Origin: Antedon mediterranea
Taxonomy: Eukaryota; Animalia; Echinodermata
DNA: 64,000 bases
Assembly (NCBI RefSeq): GCF_964355755.1
Contig: NC_092680.1
Coordinates: forward strand, 13,339,045-13,403,044
Direction: 5' to 3'
The translations under genes and the position numbers were made by a program. Of the stretch, positions 61,288 to 64,000 are shown one piece after another (the stretch's first letter is position 1; each line of letters starts with the position of its first letter). Below the pieces are notes generated by a model, which did no database searches, had not been told where the DNA came from, and worked only from the letters and a program-made list of their open reading frames with translations.

Positions 61288-64000
61288 TTATGTTCTCACA
61301 ATATATAGGTGTACTGTATCTACAATGCATGCTGCTGTACTTGTTTTTAACCGCATAATGGCATTGAAAACAAGAATGTTTTATAATTATTATAGGTTAT
61401 TTCTAAATATTAAAGGTCTGAAACAGAAACTAAATGTTACCAAACTATGTTTTTGAAAATCTCTATGATATAATATAATAATATGAACATAATATTAAAT
61501 TATATTGATAATCATCATGTCCTTATAAATTCATTTATATTTCTTTTGTGTAATATAGTTCATATAATATGTATTAAATAAATTGGTAAGGCCCTATATT
61601 GTTTATATTTAAGGAAAGTTTATATACACTATTATTTTATGCCTACAGTACCAATATAGTATTAATTGTTTATGTAACTATTTTGTCTAATTGCATTGAT
61701 TTTTTGTATAGGCCAATGGCATTAATGTTTTTCTCAAAGCAAATTAGCCTAATAATGCCATATTTAGACACATAATTCTTTGATTTCTGATATTGTACTT
61801 GTGTATGCATTACTAAAATAGTAGTTATTTTATTTCATTTATAATGTATGTATAAACATTTATTCAGTTTTTTTTTTACCTTTTAAGTTTAAAAAATATT
61901 AAAATACCTATCAACCTTTCTGTTATTGTTACTATTATAATATTTTTTGCAGAAGATTGATTTCAATAAAAAAATTTAAAACATTTAATTTGACTTATAC
62001 TGTACTATGTTAGTTCAGGAGATGAAGTGTGTGTTGGTAGAATCTGGTGTGTTTGAGGTTGGTGATGTGAGGTGTATTTTTGTGACTTTAAGACCTAAAT
62101 TAGATGTTTTCTGAAGAAAAGAAGCGAATAGGCTTCCCAATAAAATAGTGTATATTAAAGTACATTGAATGAATTCGAGCGGAAAAATAACACACATAAA
62201 AAAACATTCATTTCCTTGTCGAAAAGCGCCCTCTCTAGTTTTCTATTAATTTATTAATAATTATTATTAATTAATGAGTAATATAAACATATTTTTAACA
62301 TTTGATGATGGAAGCTGATACTACTCCAAACAAAGTTTCATACCTCCAAATTTCATCAACGTATTCAAAGCACTTCAATAAATATCACATTGAACATTAA
62401 AAATTAGGGTTATGGATAGAATTTTGCTTAAAACATATACAAAAAACATCGATAAAAATATTTTTCGTATTCAAAAACATTTGATACTTGGTATAAATGT
62501 TCAATATAGGTTGCTCCATCCATATTGCAAAAAAAAAAATGACTATCGAGCCATATTACTGATTTTTTAAATTTACGTTTTTACAAAATGTACACTTATG
62601 AAAGACCTTACAATTCCAATGCATTTTTTAAACCTAATAACGATTTTGAAAAAAACAACCAACAAAATACGTTCATGAATGAAATTTTGTTTCTGTGAAT
62701 AGAGCAACCTATATTGAACATATAAAAGAAGTTTCAAATGTTTTTAAATTCGGAAAGTATTTTTTATCGATGTTTTTTGTATATGTTTTTAAGCAAAATT
62801 CTATCCATAACCCTAATTTTTAATGTTCAATGTGATATTTATTGAAGTGCTTTGAATACGTTGACGAAATTGGGAGGTATGACACCTTGTTAGGAGTAGT
62901 ATCAGCTTCCAGCATTAAATGTTAAAAATAAGTTTATATTACTCATTAATTAATAATAATTATTAATAAATTAATAGAAAACTAGAGAGGGCGCTTTTCG
63001 ACAAGGAAATGAATGATTTTTTTATGTGTGTTATTTTTCCGCTCGAGTTTATTCAATGTAGTGTAATATAAACTGTTATATACATACTATTTTATTGGGA
63101 ATTATTTTTGTGTGAATCATCTTGGAGTTGTTTGAAAGCCTATCCACTTACTTCTTTTCTTCAGAAAACATCTAATTTAGGTCTTAAAGTGACAAAAATA
63201 CACCTCACATCACCAACCTCCAACACACCAGATTCTACCAACACACACTTCATCTCCTGAACTAACATAGTACAGTATAAGTCAAATTAATTGTTTAAAT
63301 TTTTTTTATTGAAATCAATCTGCCTCAAAAAATATTATAATAGTAACAATAACAGAAAGGTAGATAGGTATTTCAATAATTATTTTTAAACTTAAAAATG
63401 TAAAAAAAAACTGATTAAAAGTTTATACATACATTATAAATGAAATAAAATAACTACTCTTTTAGTAATGCATACACAAGTACAGAATATCAGAAATCAA
63501 TGAATTATGTTTCTAAATATGGCATTTAGGCTAATTTGATTTGAGAAAACATTAATGCCATTGGCCTATACAAAAAATCAATGCAATTAGACAAAATAGT
63601 TACATAAACAATTAATACTAATATTGGTAGGCATAAAATAATAGTGTATATAAACTTTCCTTAAATATAAACAGTATAGGGCCTTACCAATTTATTTAAT
63701 ACATAATATATGAACTATATTACACAAAAGAAATATAAATGAATTTATAAGGACATGATGATTATCAAAAATAGTCAATATAATTTAATATTATGTTCAT
63801 ATTATTATATTATATCAATCATAGAGATTTTCAAAAACATAGTTTGGTAACATTTAGTTTCTTTTTCAGACCTTTAATATTTGGAAATAACATAATAATT
63901 ATAAAACATTCTTTTTTTTAATGCCATTATGCGGTTAAAAACAAGTACAGCAGTATGCATATGTAGATACAGTACACATATATTATTGTGAGAACACAAT
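61288..64000. repeat. Large inverted duplication, arms >=1.2 kb, ~185-bp spacer
   Basis: 61288-62516 is the reverse complement of 62702-64000 with scattered differences. Confidence 0.92.

Overview
AT-rich eukaryotic (metazoan) DNA, most likely an invertebrate deuterostome such as an echinoderm (inferred from gene content, Deu-domain SINEs and abundant 'taggccta' motifs). The first 28.4 kb is the 3' half of a laminin alpha-1/2-like gene on +. I rebuilt 28 phase-compatible GT-AG exons running from the coiled coil through LG1-LG5 to the stop at 28360. An intronless 5-HT1-like amine GPCR is nested antisense in one laminin intron. The rest (29-64 kb) has no intact gene. It is a mosaic of decayed gene fragments: two convergent Smad4-like MH1 exons, two copies of an unidentified spliced gene, a frameshifted Thr/Glu-rich repeat exon, and the promoter plus first two exons of a proteinase-K-like subtilisin. 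These are interleaved with nested LINEs, SINEs, MITE/foldback elements, Helentron-like elements (one carrying two tRNA-Val copies), two Penelope-type minimal hammerhead ribozyme motifs, satellites and an inverted duplication with arms >1.2 kb at the window end. No CRISPR or prokaryotic systems are present. All calls were made by eye, with no database searches.
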